This document shows positions 59,066 to 64,000 of a DNA stretch of 64,000 bases, in pieces. The notes beneath the pieces are model-generated. The model saw only the letters and a program-made list of their open reading frames with translations. It did no database searches and was not told where the DNA came from. Source of the stretch: Octopus bimaculoides (lineage: Eukaryota); the NCBI RefSeq assembly GCF_001194135.2, contig NC_068981.1:65714941-65778940 (forward strand), given 5' to 3'. Every line of letters begins with the position of its first letter. Within the stretch, counting starts at the first letter, position 1. The translations under genes were made by a program, and so were the position numbers.

Positions 59066-60321
59066 TATATTAAGAATTAACTACAAATTAAACGAATGTA
59101 ATTCCTTTTGCGGGCTAATAGATAAAGGTTTAAGCAGTATTTACCTGTTTGCTTATGTACATTAGCAGAATCTGTACCTTTGCATTAGATTTCTATACAA
59201 TTCTGCATTGTGGTGCAAAGAATGATCTAGAAGAGTGATTTTTAACCAGGGATACATACCCCCGCCCCTGGCTGCAGCATATTTTTTTATGGTTTACACA
59301 AAATATGTAGATATTAGGGGTGGAGTTTCCACAGAAGTTTCTGTGGATGATTTGGTAGGATACACAAATTTAACTGACAAATGTATGATTGTCTTGTAAT
59401 GCTATCTCAGTTGTGTATGCTAATTTGAACATTATAAATATTGACCACTACAGTTCATAGTTTACTTCTATGCACTCTCTAAATACTAAAACTAATGTAA
59501 AAATTAATCACATGGAAATACGTGTGTCTAACATTGATAATCTATTTCTAGTATGTGATGATCTTCAGTTAATCATGCATTTTCTGATTTTATTTTTTTC
59601 AAATTCTCTTGAAACTTTTCCCACCTATCATACTTTCCAACACCTCACAGTCACCTTTTCAGTTGAGTGGGGCTCATTAGTCTTGCATGTTACAGGTGGC
59701 TTCACTAGCTGGTGCCTCAGAAAATTATACTTGGTACACTTTGTAAAGTAGTAGGCATTAGGAATGGTATCTAGCTGTAGAAACCATATCAAAACAGAAA
59801 CATTAGAAATAAGACAGTCTTTTCCAACTCCTGGCAACATAGGTGGATATCACATGATGATAAAAACTGATACCTGCTGAATTCACCACTCACTTACTTA
59901 ATGAGAGCAACGATGACTTCCATTTTCATTCAAAATTTCTCTTCCTAATCCTTAAGTTGAATCTGCTATCTTCCTGAATTATTCCACCCATCAACTCATC
60001 CCACATTTAGAGGACATGTATCTTAAATCACCACTTAATTTTTCTTGACAATTTCAATACACAACTCCTTTTGGCTATCACTCATCTCTTGCAATGCTGT
60101 AGATTTAATGTAGAGTTCCAATAATTTCTCACTTTGATCTGATGATAACACTCCCGTTACATCTTATGGTCCTGTATCTCTGACACACTGGCTCTCCAAA
60201 ACATCTCTCTTTCTTGAATCTAAATTTAGCTTTATTTATTCATCTGACTGCCTGATCACTCCAGTTCAGCAATACATTTGGTCCTAGTTGAGAGCCTTTG
60301 TTATTTGTGAGTATACCCTGA

Positions 60322-60406
60322 CACCATTCGTTTACGGCATGAACTTACACTTGCATGGCTTAAGCTTTGAGACAAGCATATGACTACTGGCAGGATCAAC
60401 CAGGTA
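60322..60406 (-). rRNA. 18S rRNA 5' fragment (first ~85 nt; dispersed rDNA pseudogene)
   Basis: TACCTGGTTGATCCTGCCAGTAGTCATATGCTTGTCTCAAAGCTTAAGCCATGCAAGTGTAAGTTCATGCCG is the universal eukaryotic 18S 5' end; the rest of the gene is absent. Confidence 0.93.
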
Positions 60407-60565
60407 TCGTCGTCATCGTCGTCGGGCAGTGAGCGGGGGGAACGCGGTTGCAAGCGCGGAATGCTGCGACGATGCCTGTCGCCACGCAAGAGAGCAGGAA
60501 TAAGAAGCAGCTGAATCTGCAGTCGACCGGACGAGCGCTCGGAGGCGGACGTTCATACGTACGCA
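60407..60565 (-). other. Probable 5' external transcribed spacer (ETS) remnant
   Basis: GC- and CpG-rich ~160 nt directly abutting the 18S 5' end, in AT-rich surroundings. Confidence 0.75.
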
Positions 60566-62513
60566 TCCTCCCATTATTCTTTATCAGTGCTTTCTTGAGC
60601 AAATTCTTTTCCTCCTCTAACTATTCAATGTTACTTTATAGTGATTTATCACAACCTAGGGAAATACACACGTCTTTCATAGATTTCATCTTGCCAACTG
60701 GTTTAATATTTGAAAAGATAATGGAAACAGTAACAAAGATTTTCTTGCACTTTTCAGTAACCAACAGTACATCTTTTAGAGAGTCAGATTCTAAAATCAG
60801 CTATAAAAGGTCTCTTACTCTAGAACTTCAACACAATGTTATTGCCTGACTGCATTAAGCATGAGAGTCTTCTAGCTATGTTGCTTGTTTGTAAGCTCCA
60901 TTTTCATCTATACTACTCATTAGATCAGAAATTCTTTGACAAGACAGCTTCATCAAAGTGTCAATGTCTCATCCTCACTATATCAACACTGGTGCGTTTC
61001 TGGTTCACTGGCTCTCTTAATTACTTCCTTCAAACTAATACAATTGCTGTTATACTACTAACCAAATGTGCTGATTTTTCTGCACCTCTAAAATATTGAA
61101 CTGTATGCTATCTTCCCTGATTGCTAATCAGTGCACATGACAAGCTTCTTTCAGTTTTCAACCATACAGCCAGACCTACCCTTATATTCTAGAGTTGAAA
61201 TTGTAAGCAGAAGAAAAAAAAATAAGGAAAAAAGGACAATTTTAGAAAAGAAAATATTTTATTTTCAAAAGAGAAAGAAATTTCTAAAATATAAAACTGG
61301 ATTTGAATGGTGTAATTTACAAAGTGAAAGAATATGTGATATTAAAAGAGACAAAAAGGCAAAAACTAATTAATAGGTTAAGCATTAAAATATAAGATTA
61401 GAAAATTTAGCTAAATTAAGCTATCTTCAGCTGGTTGCCATTACAAACATGAAGCATCTACAAAGAAAAAGAATAAAATAGCATAAATAACTTGTCATCT
61501 TTAATAATGTTAATTATAAAATAATTCAGCCATACATCGGTATGTGGTGTTATATTTTAAGTAGGTTAATTAAAAAGAAAACTACAAATTAAATTTCAAT
61601 AACAAAACTGAGCTTTCTCATACACATAAGCAAAATATTAACAAAAAAAAAAAGCACTACATTACAAAGTCACTATATATTTATAAATAAAACAAGAATT
61701 CATCAATTAAAACAGGGTGAAAATAAATGTAAGTATTGGTAGAAATTGTAGGTGAGAAGTGTATCATTCACTGAAGAGAAAAGCACACCTGAGTGCTACA
61801 TGTTATAACATGTAAATGTACAAACATCTTCACTACCAACTAAAAATTAAAAAGTCAGCTGACTGATAAGTAAGGCTTCACTTGTTAATTTATTAACACC
61901 ACTAACTCACTGGCACAAAGTGTTTCTTTCTACCTGGGCATCTTTGAACTTAGTAACTGTGCTTCACTTCAATTCAAACTCATTTTATACATTTATCTCT
62001 TGTCATCTTTACAGTCTCTTAACCCTGAAGAACTATCCTACTGGAATTTCATTCTTACTCAAGACTTTGTGGACTCCTATTCTCTCTCATTACAGACAAA
62101 TAAAAGTATTCCTAAATATACACTTGCCAAATATTAATACCTGTGATGTAGCATTAGGTGACATCAATATTTCTATAAAATAAATGATATGTTGAAATTG
62201 CTTTGAGATATATCAAAAAGAGTTTTTACTTATTAACAAGTGACCAGCAAGTTCTAGCATTTGGGATTTTCAATAAATTCTACATTTGCTAGAACAGAAA
62301 AATGTAATGTTTAAATTTTGTAAGAAATCCCAAGTTAACTTGCTTGAGATGTAATTTATAAGTTAACTTTGGATTCCTTAATGACAATGTAACCTTCATA
62401 TAACTAAGGTATCCTCAGCTTGATGAGTACCTGGTGGAGTACCCCTCAAGTAATTATTACTTCTGAAGATTTGCCAGCTAGGAAACATGTAGCCTGGATA
62501 TACACACACACAC

Positions 62514-62549
<36 letters not shown>

Positions 62550-62558
62550 CATACATAG

Positions 62559-63010
62559 ACTAGCAATGCATCCTGGTGTTGCTTAGGTGTTATGATTTAC
62601 AGCCACACAGTATTATTTGTTCCTTTATGGGCACAACCAGCACAGCTGGAATCAGTGAACTGGATTACTGGCATAATGGAAGTTATTGGTTTGTTTAAAA
62701 GTGAAGGGGGAGGGTACAATTTGCATGGGTTTACATGGTTTGTGATCCTTCTTAAGAACAGAAAGCACTTTCATGCATTGTTTTATTGTAAAAAGGGGGT
62801 CAATATAATTTTCACCAGAAATTACCTTTACAAAATTTTAATTCCTCCTTGTCCCCACTGCAATATCTTAATTTGTAACGTATTTTCAAATTAAAAAATT
62901 TTTTTTTTTTATTTATGTAGAAAAATATAGAGATAACAAATCTGGGAAATTAATTTTTAAAATTTAATTTTTCTTTAAGAAACACTCAATGCCCCTTCCC
63001 CCACCATACC
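62559..63010 (+). mobile_element. Helitron/Helentron-like non-autonomous element
   Basis: Begins ACTAGCAATGCATCCTGGTGTTGCTTAGG after a (TA)n tract, resembling the ACTAGC..CCCGGCGTTGCTCGGG hairpin terminus. Confidence 0.4.
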
Positions 63011-63411
63011 CACTCATCACCTACCCACTTTCAAAAAGCTAAAACCTTCCAATGTTTCACTTCCGTCTGATGTTTCACGCATGTGTAGAATTGTACTGAA
63101 ATAGATGTAAAAAATGCCAGACCACCACCAGAAAACCGGACATGCTAGAAACAACAGGTAAACAACATTATTTCTGAAGAAATTTCTCCACGTTCCAAAA
63201 AATTAAAAGTGAAACATTGGGAGCTTGTAGCTTTTTGAAATAACTATAGCTGGTTGTTGAGAGAATGCAGAAAATATGTAAATGAAAAAGTTTATTTGGT
63301 AGCCAAAAGATTACTGAATCTTTCGATAGCCCATATGTCAAAATCAGCAACTACATTTTCAAATGTATAAGTAACATATCCGCATACACAAGCTTATATA
63401 TATATATATAT

Positions 63412-63640
63412 AGGGTTGGCCAAAAGACACCTGACAGTAAATCAAAATTCCATAAATACTTGATATTCAATTTTATTTATCCATTCCAATTATGAATGTT
63501 TACAAGGACTTCAGTTTGAACAATTTTCCTGATGTTTTGTTTCATATTTAGATACTTTTATTAAATTCAATCAGTTAGTAAATAAAAACCATTTAATTGC
63601 ATGATTTATGTTTAACGTCAGGTGACTCTTGCCCAACCCA
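63412..63640. mobile_element. Tc1/mariner-type MITE
   Basis: TIRs GGGTTGGCCAAAAGACACCTGAC / GTCAGGTGACTCTTGCCCAACCC (20/23 match); inserted in a (TA)n tract. Confidence 0.7.
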
Positions 63641-64000
63641 GTGTGTGTGTGCATGTATATATATGCTTAAGTTTTTTTTAAGCTAAAACAATGCAAGTTA
63701 TAAGAAATAATTCAAGTCAATAATTTGAACTTGCATCTTGTAGTTTAACTATCAACTTGTATTATTTCTAACTTGCAATGTTTTGGCTTAAAAAATATAA
63801 ATAAGATAAATATAAAACATTAAGAAATATCAAAGCTTCATGCACCACACACACACACAAAACATTTATGCATGCATGTCAATTCAAGATTAGTATTATT
63901 TAAGAAAAAAAAATGGAAATGAGACATTTAAAATCCAATTTTCATACACATAACTGAAAAAAAAAAACAAAAAATGCATTTTCCCAGTTTTCATTTATTA

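Noticed and set aside
62418-62495. Hammerhead-like CTGAAGA...GAAACATGTA and TTGATGAGTAC...GTAC
   Set aside because: Stems I and II do not pair convincingly; at best heavily decayed remnants
1-64000. CRISPR arrays, operons or prokaryotic defence systems
   Set aside because: Spliced eukaryotic locus; the periodic repeats have no unique spacers and are SINE, LINE or satellite-derived

Overview
AT-rich animal genomic window with five N gaps. It is most likely an octopus: the tRNA-derived SINE families resemble the Octopus OK/OR families, and the 18S fragment looks cephalopod-type. The main gene is an axonemal outer-arm dynein beta heavy chain (DNAH9/11/17 group) on the minus strand. I traced 25 GT-AG coding exons from the ATG at 45519 to 534. 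They join in one frame for 5205 nt (1735 codons), covering the tail and linker, and the gene runs off the left edge before the AAA1 P-loop. An RFX X-box cluster lies just upstream of its ATG. The introns and upstream DNA are filled with SINEs, RTE LINE fragments, mariner, hAT and Mutator-like elements, Penelope, Gypsy and CRE-like remnants, and microsatellites. The most unusual signals are: (1) at least five distinct hammerhead-ribozyme-like motifs in the dynein introns, where those with the best-preserved cores are antisense to the gene and the sense copies are damaged; (2) a 320-codon orphan ORF at 56653-57615 whose stop is followed by exactly five codons and a strong in-frame splice donor; (3) a dispersed 5'ETS-18S rDNA fragment joined by microhomology to LINE-tail-like sequence; and (4) a foldback/MULE-like element spanning an assembly gap. 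All homology calls come from motif recognition, not database searches, and repeat boundaries are approximate unless TIRs or TSDs are given.
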